A stretch of DNA of 64,000 bases. Source: Octopus vulgaris (lineage: Eukaryota). The position numbers were made by a program, and so were the translations under genes. The notes under the pieces are model-generated. The model saw only the letters and a program-made list of their open reading frames with translations. It did no database searches and was not told the DNA's origin. Shown one piece after another: positions 51,031-63,870 of the stretch (positions are counted from its first letter, which is position 1; every line of letters starts with the position of its first letter). Where the stretch lies: contig OX597819.1 of NCBI GenBank assembly GCA_951406725.2, forward strand, positions 121,582,001-121,646,000, in the 5' to 3' direction.

Positions 51031-51681
51031 ACAAAACATACAAATCTGCACATATACAAGCATACATGCATGCATACATACCAAAATACCTTGTTGTGTC
51101 TTTTCTTGACTCTCTCCAGACACATATGAGTAAATAATGTAAATAATGAATTATATGCACTGACAGATAAAATTTGGTATCTTTACGCATAAAATCTCAC
51201 TATCAGTATAAAAAAGAGGATCATCTTCAGCTGCTGTTTCAGTTATATTTATAGTTTCATCAGCAGCCAGTGGAGTTTATTCTTAATGGTCTCCATTGAA
51301 AGAATTTGTGATCTTAATTTCATTTTTAATTCCAGGCTGTGCGATTAAAAAGCTTTCTTTTACAAACCACATAGTTACAGGGTCAGTCTCACAGTACAAA
51401 ACTTTGGGCAGGCATCTTCTATGAAAGCCTTCAAGAAATTGTTGCTGCAGAACAGTCAGCTGGCTGTCTGGCTGGTTGGTTGGGTGGTTGGGTGGGTGAG
51501 GGGCTGGTTTCACCAGATATGCTTTACATTGCACAGAGAGCAAGAGAGAGTAAAAGGGAGATACGCAGAGAGTTAATATAGGAGGTGCAGCATTAGAGCA
51601 CATACTAGGCTTGGTGGTAGGTAATGAATAAATGAATGCACACGCACATGCAGGCATGCGCACACACACACACACATACAG

Positions 51682-52048
51682 AAGTGGGTGTATGATAAGT
51701 AGCTTGCTTACCAATGACATGGTTCCAGATTCAGTCCCACTACATGGCACCTTAGGCAAGTGTCTTCTGCTATACTATCTGGCTGACCAAAGCCTTGCAA
51801 GTAGATTTGGTAGATGGAAACTGAAAGAAGCCTGTTGTGTATATATACGTATGTTTGTATGTCTGTGCTCATTTCCCCACAGTCACTTGACAACCGACGT
51901 TGGTATGTTTACATCCCTGTAACTTAGTGGTTTGACAAAGAGACTGACAGAATAAGTACTAAGCTTATTTGGGGTTGATTTGTTCGACTAAAGTTGGAGC
52001 TCCAGCATGGCCACAGTCAAATGATTAAAACAAGTAAAAGAATAAAAT
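51682..52048 (+). mobile_element. SINE family A
   Basis: Head, short centre and tail ...GCTCCAGCATGGCCACAGTCAAATGA.TAAAACAAGTAAAAGAATAAAA. Confidence 0.85.
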
Positions 52049-52278
52049 ATATATATATATATATATAAATATATATGAATTTGTATTTTTATATATAAGT
52101 ATTTATATTCATATATGTGTGTGCATATGTATGTATTTATTTATATATATATAAATATCTATGTGCGTGTGTGTGTATGGTGTATGTATTTATATATAGA
52201 ATTATATATGTATATAATATGTATATACATATATACATATATATGTTTATATACATATATATGTTTATATATATATAT

Positions 52279-52463
52279 ATGGCACATAAAATCACCCACT
52301 ACACTCTTGGAGTGGTTGGCGGTAGGAAGGGCATCCAGCTGTAGAAACACTGCCACATCTGACTGGCCTGGTGCAGCCTTCGGGCTTCCCAGACCCCAGT
52401 TGAACCGTCCAACCCATGCTAGCATGGAAAGCGGACGTTAAACGATGATGATGATGATGATGA
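52279..52463 (+). mobile_element. Family D element 3' part in (TA)n
   Basis: Conserved core plus CCATGCTAGCATGGAAAGCGGACGTTAAAC(GAT)n. Confidence 0.85.
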
Positions 52464-52474
52464 TATATATCTAT

Positions 52475-52517
<43 letters not shown>

Positions 52518-53190
52518 CCTACCTATTGAGATGTATATATATATATATATATATATATGCACGCACACATAAACCAGCCCAAAATATAGCCTAATGATAT
52601 AAAAATATAATGAAAAATAATTAACTACAATCTCATTATTTTATTTTATACTCCTGGAAAAAAACAAACTCAACGTAAAAAAATAATAATAATGTTCTGT
52701 GTAAAAAAACCCTGATAATTAATCTTCAAATAATGATATTGTTGTTGTTGTTTGTATCCGTGTTGTTGTTGTGGTTGCTGTTTACCTTTTCTTCCCTAAT
52801 CCAGTTTTATTATTCTTTATCAGCTGTGTACAGCCTCTCCTCTTCTGCCTCCTCTTTCTCTTCCACCTCCTTCACTTCCTGCTTCTTCCTCCTCCTCCTC
52901 CACTTCCTCTCCTTCTTCCTCCCCTTTCTCTTCTGCCTCTTCCACTTCCCCCTCTTCTTCTCTTTCGTCCTCCTCTTCCTCTGCTTCCACCTCAGCCTCT
53001 ACCTCCTCTTCAATGTACTCTTTTCCCCCCTCAGGTACTCTCCATGTATTATCACTCTCTCTCTCTCTCTCTCACTGCCTATCTTTCTTTCTGTCTCTTT
53101 CTTTCTCTATTTCTCTTTCTCTCCCCCAGTACATGTACACACATACACACACACAAACATATATACATGTATGCTTTTATGTATATTTAC

Positions 53191-53221
<31 letters not shown>

Positions 53222-53222
<1 letters not shown>

Positions 53223-53510
53223 GGCGTTAGGAAGGGCATCCAGCCGTAGAAACACTGCAAAATCTGACTGGGCCTGATGAAGCCTTCGGCTTCACAGACC
53301 CCAGTTATATCCAACCCATGCTAGCATGGGTTTAACTGGGGTCTGTGAAGCCACTCTCGGAGTGGTTGGCGTTAGGAAGGGCATCCAGCTGTAGAAACAC
53401 TGCCAGATCTGACTGGCCTGGTGCAGCCTTCGGGCTCCCCAGACCCCAGTTGAACCGTCCAACCCATGCTAGCATGGAAAACGGACGCTAAATGATGATG
53501 ATGATGATGA
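53222..53510 (+). mobile_element. Two family D 3' ends in tandem joined by a fold-back inversion
   Basis: Copy 1 spans 53222-53330, the inverted segment 53331-53352 and copy 2 53352-53510. Confidence 0.85.
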
Positions 53511-53576
53511 TATATATATATATATATACATATATACATATACATATACATATATATATATATATATATGTATGTA

Positions 53577-53616
<40 letters not shown>

Positions 53617-53620
53617 CACA

Positions 53621-53666
<46 letters not shown>

Positions 53667-54022
53667 TATATATGTATATATATATATATATATATATTGA
53701 TAGAGTGAGAGTCACACATTTACATATACACAATCACACACATGTATGGTGCTGTGCAGTGTGTTTATATGTATTGATGTACTTATCTTTCTAGCACCCC
53801 CACCCTCGCCCTCACTTATCTCTCTCTGTCCCTCCAACTATCTGTTTATCTCTCTATTTATCTAATTCTCAGTTATGATATCATCAAGATAAAGGTTAAC
53901 TAAATACTGGGTCATGGAATTGGCTATCAAGTTTCCCATGCGAACAACAGGCCATAGATCTGTCATGCTATTGACACTGTGTCATAATATACTAATTGAA
54001 ATAATCTACACCCAACACACAC

Positions 54023-54077
<55 letters not shown>

Positions 54078-54225
54078 GACACATGCACGCAGAGACACAC
54101 ACACATATAGTCACACTCTCATGCAGTGGTATATATATATATATATATGAGCATTTGGATTTCCTTTCATTACAAACGTGCACTCATATGCGTGCAAGCA
54201 CATACAGATACATATGTGCACAGGC

Positions 54226-54257
<32 letters not shown>

Positions 54258-54370
54258 CATGCATTCATATCATGCACATTCTTCATGTACTTATATATAT
54301 ACATATATATATGTATATATATATATACATATATATATAGATATATATATATATATGCATATATGTATAA

Positions 54371-54404
<34 letters not shown>

Positions 54405-54466
54405 GTATATATATATATATGTACATATATATGTATATATATGTGTGTATATATATGTATATATAC

Positions 54467-54525
<59 letters not shown>

Positions 54526-55591
54526 ATATTTACACATAAACACATACATGCATGTTTGCATGTGCATAAACATTCACACACATGCATAGACACACACACA
54601 CACGCATTCATATACACAAGCACATACACATCATGCACTTTACATATATTTTACATAAATACACACATACACACACACAGAATTCAACTTTATTATCAAA
54701 CTGTTAACTTACTCCCAATCAACCTTCCTCCAACCACCACCACCACTCTGGTTACCTCCCACTCCCTTCATACTCTCTCCCTTTCCTTCTCCAGCTCTTC
54801 CTCTCCACCTTCTCCTTTCCCTCCTTCACTCCTCCTCACTCTCCTTCCCTCTTCATTTCTTATCCTTTCTTTCATCTTCTTCTTCTTCTTCAACTGATCT
54901 CTTTTCCATCTTTCAGTCATTCTACTATTGTTTGTGGGGGTGGATTGGAGGGGTGGCGGTGATTGTTGTACTATAGTGTTTGTAGTGGTAGTGGCGGCGG
55001 CGTTGGTGGTGGTGGTGGTGGGTGGTGTGGGGTGGTGGTGATGATGGCAGTGATGGTAGTGTTGTTGTTGTTGTTGTCGGTGGTGGTGGTGGTGGTAGTG
55101 TTAAGGGTTCATGGTTCTGGTTTAGGCTGGAGGGGCAAGAATGGGCCTTGATTTCTTATAGAGAAATAAGAACAACAACAATAACAACAACAAAAAACAA
55201 CAACAATAATAATAACAACACTAATCTCAAAGACCCAGTGGTGATTCTGGAGGTTGTTATTTATGTTGTTGTGATGACGACGACGATGATGATGACGATG
55301 ACGACGATGATGATGACGACGATGATGACGACGATGATGATGATGATGATGATGATAATGATGATGATGATGACGGTGTTGGTGGTGGTGGTGTTGGTGG
55401 TGGTGGTGGTGGTGGTGGTGGTGGTGGTGGCAGTGTTGATGGTTATGTTGATGGTAATAGTGGTGTTTTAAATAGAGAAAGTGGTGATGTCATGATGGAA
55501 ATGATGGTTGTGGTGGTGATGGTATTGGTGGTGGTGTTGGTGGTGGTGGCAATGATGTATATAGATTGATAGATAGATGGATATATATCTA

Positions 55592-55653
<62 letters not shown>

Positions 55654-56199
55654 TATGTATATATCCTTATATATAGAGAGAGAGATAGATGGATGGAGAA
55701 AGAGACAGAGAGAAAGAGAGACAGACAGCCACAAAGAGAGAAAGAGACGGCCGAGAGGGGGGGTTGGTGCTGGGATTCGAGGCGGTATATGTTTATGGAG
55801 CAAGGTGGGGGGGCTGTAGGGGCGGGCAGTGGGAGCGGTGGGATTCTAGGAAGGCTTTCTTACGAAAAGAGGAAGGAGCAGGAAAGTTGAATAATACAAG
55901 AAACATTGTATAGATTAAGTTTTTATCAGTGGTATTCTTGGATGGCTGGTACAACTACCATCCCCTTCAACCCAGCCCCCTCTCCTACCGCCACCTCAAC
56001 ACACCCTGTCTGTTCGTCTTAACCCAGAACTGTGGGTGTGGATGGGGGGTGTTCGTTTTCTTAATAAAATAACTTTGTGTGTCTATCAGGAGTGCACTCA
56101 CATGCAAACTTGATAAATAATGTGCATCCTCTATTCTCTTCAGAGAATTCACTTATATGTACGTATATGCATACATATATATATATATATATATTTATA

Positions 56200-56253
<54 letters not shown>

Positions 56254-56401
56254 GATATAGATATATACATATATATAGATATATATACACATGTATATGT
56301 ATATGATATACATATATATAGATATATATACACATGTATATGATATAGATATAGATATATAGATATATATACACATGTATATGTATATGATATAGATATA
56401 G

Positions 56402-56451
<50 letters not shown>

Positions 56452-56949
56452 ATATTATACACTTTTATACATGCATGCATAGCTACATGTCTACAAACAA
56501 ACATACTTACGTACAAGTGTACTTACGTTCATACATACGTACATATAGATTCAAACACACACACATACATATAATATGTAAATATAAACTGCATACATAT
56601 ATATACATACCGATATACATGCATAACGTACAGACATACTTACATGTATATTTTTATTATTTATATTTATTTACATAGATAATGTACATATTTGCCTATG
56701 TATATGCATACATGCATACATATACGTCTTTGTGCGAGATACATATAACGATACATATGTATGTGTGTGTGTATGTGTGTATATATATGTTTGCACATGC
56801 ATAAATGCACACACATATACATATCTATATATATATATGTGTGTGTACATGCATCCAGCATGCGGAATATATGCGTACAGATATAAATGAAGCAAAATAA
56901 ACAAAATAGTTGAACTTATCTCGTGATTATTAAAATAATTGACTACTTT

Positions 56950-56994
<45 letters not shown>

Positions 56995-57214
56995 GATATA
57001 TTCTTATATTTCTTTCCGGTGGGTGAAAAAAATATAAATTTATTGATATATGGTATATATGTGTGAACATAAATATATTACTACATTACGTGTGTGTGTC
57101 TGTGCGTATATATATATGTGTGTGTATATATGTATATATATATGTATATATATATGTGTGTATATATATATATGTGTGTATATATATATGTATATATATA
57201 TATATGTGTATATA

Positions 57215-57269
<55 letters not shown>

Positions 57270-57376
57270 ATATATGTGTGTATATATATATATATATACA
57301 CACGTGTATATATACCTATCTGTATATATATGTCTATATATGTGTATACATGCGTAACTATGTGTATATGTATATA

Positions 57377-57454
<78 letters not shown>

Positions 57455-58871
57455 TATATGTATGTATGTATGTGTGTAATACATGTTGTTTATCTTGCAT
57501 TTATCACAATGGTTCTCCCCAAGTCTGTTTTGTCAGTTTTCCCTTTCTCCATATAATTGCTACTTTCTAAAATACATAACGAAAAATAAATACGTAAAAA
57601 AGACAATTTTCGATTTTGATTGTGTAAACAACGCTCCATATATCATCCTATATGCTAAATAACCGGCTTATGAAGACAGAAGCAGGGGGTAGTGTTTGAC
57701 TCCCAGTAGCTAGGTGGGTTCTGCAATGGTCTGTAATTGGTATGTTGTTTAGAATTAAATCATTAAATTGGTTCTGCTTGTGTGATGAAGGATCAAGTTT
57801 TTTCCAACCATGACCATCCTGGCTTTTGTTTGAGGAACAGTGTCCTCTTGTGTGGTTGGTGTTATATTATTCAAGTTGTCAATTTTTTCATTTCTTTAAG
57901 CTACACCATCAGCATCATCATCATCATCTTCCTCCTCGTTATCATCATCTCCTCCATCATGACCATCACCACCGTCATCTTCATCATTATTATAGGGTCG
58001 ACCTATGGGAGTGAAGGGTAGCAGAATAGAAATGATGGTACAATGGAGAGAGAAAGGATGAGGGAGAGAGATGATATGATGATGACGATGATGACGATGA
58101 TGAGGAGGAGGAGGAGCAGGAGTTGGGTGGTTTACAGTAGTGTGGAAGCAAAGAGGAAGAGAGAAAGAAAAGCAGGCTTAGACATGGGGGGGAAAGTGAG
58201 AAATGCAATGGAGGTGACAAAGGTGAGAGGTTATGGTGCCCCAGGAGTCAGTATTTGCTTGTACTTGTGGCAGCATTCCCCTGGGGTAAGATGAGCCAGG
58301 TTCAACCTACAGTTTGGAGTTTCAACAGGTATACAGGTTCACATGTCGTCACTAGTCACACACATACACACTTTGGGATAATCTGACCCATAGCAGCTTA
58401 TTTTGTCATCAATTGCCAACCATCACAGCAGATTCTTTAACCAAATCACTACCGATTATTGGAACATACACAGACTGGGTTTCAAGAAGGTCCTTGAGAC
58501 ATGCTTCAAGAAAAGCTAAATGGAACCTCACTCCCTCCCAGTAGTTTTCCAGCACACTAGACACCAACCTGGATGTTCCGAGGCCCTGTGCTTTTGCTAA
58601 ATGGTCACTGAACCTACACTACGTTCATCCATCCTTTTATTTTTTCCAGTGGTGACGGGGATGGAACATGAAGAAAGGGTATTAATGTGTGGCTTGAGAG
58701 CGACAGTTCTGCTATTTCTTAGAGAGTTTGATGTAGATGTTTCCTTTATTAAGATTATACCTCTATAGAATTGGTTGATAATGTGTAAGTCTCTGTGTAT
58801 ATTCGAGTGTATATGCGTGTGCATCTCTGAATCGCTGTATATATATATATACATTTATATGTGTGTGTGTG

Positions 58872-58912
<41 letters not shown>

Positions 58913-59955
58913 GTGTGTGTGTGTATATATATAGATAGATAGATAGATATAGATAAAACTTACTTGGAAGAGGATGTGTGGCATTGAATCATATAATAAT
59001 TATATATATATATATACACACACATATTCATATAAATATATATGTATGAGTGTGTGTTGTTCGTATCTGTGTGTGTGCGGTCCATTTACATGTGTGTGTA
59101 TGTGTTTGTCTATGTTTATGTGTGAATATGTGTGTGTATATATATCTGCATCTCTGTGTGTTTCTATGTGTATGTATAAGCGTGTGTTCATTCTTATAAT
59201 CTCTGTGCATATGTGTGTGTGTGTCTTTTCACGTGGATATGTGTACGGGTGTTCTTTTCAGATGCCGCCCCATTCTCATTCAATTAATAATTAATAGAAT
59301 AATAATTACCCTTAAGTCTATTAACCACTAAAAGACTAGTAATCACCTATGGCTATTAAAACTACTCAAATAGTGAACTACAACGACGATAATAACAGCA
59401 ACAACAGCATCAGCAACAATGAGCCGCTCCGGTTTCTACCTTCTCTGTTGTTGCTGCTGCTGCTGCTCTGACCGGTATGGCCAATTACAATAACTGCCAA
59501 AGAGATTTACACTTCTATTATTTTATTACACAGAAGAAAAAGAAACTTCTTTTTCATGTAATGTTAGAGCTACAATTGAAGAAAGAAATATATATTAACT
59601 CTATTGAAATAAGAATTGGAGAGGATTACATAAAGGGGAATAAATGCTATTATAATCGACTCTGAAGTTAATTGCGTTCTGGTGACCAATATAGGATGTT
59701 ACAATTTGGCTAATCACCTCTGCTGACTCCAAAAGAATGGGAATTAATCAAAGATAACATCTGAAGAACCTTGACCTCTTGAGCGTCCAAATCAATTTAT
59801 GGTCATTTCTAGTGGTAGTTGTGTTGTTGTTGTTATTGTTGTTGTTTTATGAATTTTGCCCAAGACTTGACTTCTAAATTTGGAATAATTTATTGATGTT
59901 CTTCTATGGAACTTTTATTTTCTGAAGTTTTCTATCATCATCGTTGACATAGTCA

Positions 59956-60023
59956 ACCTCCACTGAAATTTGCTGCCATTGTCATCATAATCGTCATTCT
60001 CCTCCTCCTCCTCCTCCTCCTCC

Positions 60024-60062
<39 letters not shown>

Positions 60063-60290
60063 CCATCATCATCATTGTTCTTATCACAGCTCCTCACCCA
60101 CCGCTGAAATTTGCTATCATCATCATCATCATCATCATCTTCTTTACTATCATTGTCATCGTCATCGTCATCATCATCATCATCGTCATCACTGTTATCC
60201 TCACACAGCTCCTCATCCTCCACTGAAATTTGCTGTAATCATCATCGTCATCATCATCATCATTATCCTCATACAGCTCCTCACACCCCT
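59956..60290. repeat. Compound minisatellite: ~35-bp constant unit separated by variable (CAT/CCT)n tracts
   Basis: CAGCTCCTCA..C.CC.CTGAAATTTGCT recurs: the CTGAAATTTGCT half three times and the CAGCTCCTCA half three times. Confidence 0.8.
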
Positions 60291-60924
60291 GCGCCCCGCT
60301 TGGCAACCCCCTATTCCCAACATCTCCCTCACATCGCCTTTCCCTACCCTACCCCCATCACCCACATAACTACCACCACCACCACCATACCTTAATAGGT
60401 AAAACTTTGATGGTAGCCAAGACACACAGACACCCAGATATATTTCTTTATGAAAATAGTTTCTCCACATTTCTTCTCCCTCTTCAGTTCCAGCCAATTA
60501 GTCATCACTCAGCGATAACTCCTATCTATCACATTAGTCAACACCCCTTCTAAACAAACCATTCATGTTTTTTTTTATTCCTTTTTCTCAGACATTTTTC
60601 TTTATTTTCTATTTTTATTTACGTTTTATTTATATTTTATTTATATTCTATTTTATTTTATTAATATATCTAATCTTGTTCTTGGCAATCTGTTTCAAGA
60701 TAATGTTTCGCAGGGTAAGTTTGGCAATTTATAGACATAGGCAACCCATACTGGATTGCGTGCATGTGTGTATGTGGGGGTGGCAGTGTCTGAGTATCAT
60801 AAATTATGATGAGAACGAGGAAGAGGATGATGCTGATGAGGATGGTTGATGATGATGATGGCAAGTAAGAGAAGCAGAAGGAATCGGAAGAAGTGGTCAA
60901 TGTTTATAATAATGCTGTTACTCT

Positions 60925-61085
60925 GCTTCCTAGTTGAATGTCACACTGAATCTCCCTGAGAACTACGTTAAGAGGTACACGTGTCTGTGGAGTACTCAGC
61001 CACTTGCATGTTAATTTTACAAGAAGGCGGTTCCATTGATCAGATCGACTGGATCCCTCATTGTCATAACCAACGGATTGCCATT
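60925..61085 (+). mobile_element. Probable SINE 3' fragment (distinct family)
   Basis: CTCCCTGAGAACTACGTTAAG.GGTACACGTGTCTGTGGAGT.CTCAGCCACTTGCA.GTTAATTT... resembles an octopod interspersed repeat from memory. It is single-copy in this window. Confidence 0.4.
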
Positions 61086-61767
61086 CTTTCATTCTTTTAC
61101 CTGTTTCAGCCATTTGACTGTGGCCATACTGGAGCACCGCCTTTAGGCAAACAAATCGACCCAAGGATTAATTCTTTGTAAACCTAGTACTTATACTATT
61201 GGTCTCTTTTGCTGAACCGCTAAGTTATGGGGATGTAAACACACCAGCATCAATTATCAAACGATGTTGCAGGAACAAATACAAAAACACATACACACAC
61301 ATTCATATTTTTTTTTATACTCTAGTTTTAGCTCAGAGCTGTGGCCATGCTGAAGCACCACCGTGTTGCTACACTGTTATTACTGAGATCCTCCTTCAAT
61401 ATATGGCACTTGGTGAAGAATAGAGTTTGATGTAGCTACCCTCATTTACTCCTCTTGCCGTGAGGTAGGTTCATCTGGGACTCTCGGCATGAAGAGGTCC
61501 AGCCTTGATTTAAAAACACCTACATCTACTTTGTGCAGGTTCTTCAGGCTCTTTGGAAAAATATTAAAAAGCTGTGGGCCCCTGAAACCCAGGCTGTTGC
61601 AGTAACTGGTTCTGAAGCTTCTTTCAGTTTCCATCTATCAAATCCACTCACAAAGCGTTGGTCGGCCTGAGACTATAGTAGAAGACGCTTGCCCAAGGTG
61701 CTACACAGTGGGACTGAACCCGGAACCATGAGGTTGGTAAGCAAGCTACTTACCACACAGCCACTCA
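61085..61767 (-). mobile_element. SINE family A interrupted by a LINE 3' end
   Basis: Tail at 61085-61300 and head at 61616-61767. Confidence 0.85.
61310..61615 (-). mobile_element. CR1/L2-group LINE 3' end (candidate partner of SINE family A)
   Basis: RTSYCNSLGFRGPQLFNIFPKSLKNLHKVDVGVFKSRLDLFMPRVPDEP carries the S...RGP.LFN.LP and FK..LD.FL..VPDEP motifs. The 3' UTR ends GGTGGTGCTTCAGCATGGCCACAGCTCTGAGCTAAAAC. Confidence 0.8.
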
Positions 61768-62359
61768 TAAAATATCTCTTAATAAGTATACACCAAATTT
61801 GATTTGTGTAGCCGGCTGTGTGAATATGTATTTTTATGTATAAGCATGTCTATAAATTTTGTGTATATCTCCATATACACATCTATCTGTACATGGTTGT
61901 GTTTAACCCCCCCCCACCACCATCTTTCACATCTCCCAAATAATTCACTCCATTATCGCACATATGGTCCCCCACACCTTTCCATCTCTTATCATCATAC
62001 CACTGAACTCTTGCCCACATTTGCTTACTCCTTTTTGACCCCGCTTCCTTCCGTACTCTTCCCTCCACCCCACCCCACAGCACCTCTTGCCATGACCACC
62101 ACTTCTACAGCCTTCGCTTCTCTCTCTCTCTCTTTCTCTTTCTTTCTCTCTCTCAATCTCGCTTTCTTTCTCTCTCTCTTTCTCTCTCTCTCCCTCTCCC
62201 TCTCTCCCTCTCTCTCTCCCTCTCTCCCTCTCTCTCTCCCTCTCTCTCACTCTCTCTCTCTTTCCATGCTTCTATCCATCCATCCTGCAATTTGAATTAT
62301 TATTATTGAAAATCTTATTTTCTTGTAGACATATCTTTATTTGTTATAGCATGAGAGAA

Positions 62360-62393
<34 letters not shown>

Positions 62394-62884
62394 GCAGAGA
62401 TAGAGACAGAGAGACAGAGAGAAAGAGATAAAGAGAGAAAGAGAGGGTGATAAAGAGAGAGAGAGATACTATTTACTATGGTGTGGTTATGCTAAATCCA
62501 TAAATTTTAGCCAATTCTCCTGTCTTTTAAGTTTCACCATTTCCCCCCCTCCCATCGTTAAGGATACCAGCTTTGTTGCTGTTGTTGCTGTTGTTGTTGT
62601 TAGTCTTGGGGGAGGTGGCGAAGGGGGATTGCTGGTTATTTACGACGTGATGAGTTGCTGGAGGAGGTAAATGTAGATTTAAATGCGCAGTGTAGAATTC
62701 TGGAAATCTAGGAAAATATGCTTTTGCATGTGTGTGTATGTGTGTGTGTGTGTGTGTTTTCATGGAAAGAGTGGGAGAGAGAGAGAGAGAAGTGAGAATG
62801 GAAAATAAGGTTTGATAAATTGCCATTTCATTTGGATTAAGTAATAGTTATGACAATCATCATCATCATCATCATCATCGTCAT

Positions 62885-62934
62885 TTAATGATAACTGTAA
62901 CAATGATGATGATGATGATTATGAAGATAACAGT

Positions 62935-62984
<50 letters not shown>

Positions 62985-63019
62985 TAATAATAATAGTAAT
63001 AATAATAATGATAATAATA

Positions 63020-63105
<86 letters not shown>

Positions 63106-63122
63106 AATGATAATAATAATAG

Positions 63123-63203
<81 letters not shown>

Positions 63204-63245
63204 TGATAATAATAATAATAATCATAGTAATAATAATGATAATTT
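62885..63245. repeat. Long (TAA)/(TGA) trinucleotide array
   Basis: Direct observation. It is the source of the poly-Ile and poly-Tyr ORFs. Confidence 0.95.
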
Positions 63246-63411
63246 AAATAAAGGTAGCTGTTAATTATCACCAATGCTGTTGCCATCATTGTCGCTGTCA
63301 TCATCATCATCATCATCATCATCATAGCATCTTCATCATAGCATCTTCATCATTTCTACAAGCATATTTCCCTCATGGAAATCTTCACTGTCTCAAAGAG
63401 ACAACAACAAC

Positions 63412-63479
<68 letters not shown>

Positions 63480-63527
63480 TTATTGTAATAAATAATACTT
63501 GATGATATCACCACCACCACCACCACC

Positions 63528-63558
<31 letters not shown>

Positions 63559-63710
63559 TTAAGAATAATGATAATAACAAGTTTTATTAAAAGTTATATA
63601 TGCATGTTTTATTTAAGGGCAGGTGTAAGCACACACACACATGCATGCATATATACATACATATATATATGTGTATATATAAATATATATATATATATAT
63701 ATACGTGCAC

Positions 63711-63870
63711 TAGTGGCTGTGTGGTAAGTAGCTTGCTTACTGACCATATGGTCCTGGGTTCAGTCCCACTGCATGGCACCTTAGGCAAGTATCTTCTACT
63801 GTAGTCTTGGGCCAACCGAAGCCTTGTAAATGGATTTGGTAGACAGAAACTGAAAGAAGCCCATCATATA
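63711..63870 (+). mobile_element. SINE family A, 5' half
   Basis: AGTGGCTGTGTGGTAAGTAGCTTGCTTAC...AAACTGAAAGAAGCCC, followed by different sequence at the window end. Confidence 0.85.

Noticed and set aside
58636-58685. Plus-strand acceptor-like TTTTATTTTTTCCAG with a possible 29-nt micro-exon
   Set aside because: Weak donor (GTATTA) and no partner exons. Such a match is expected by chance.
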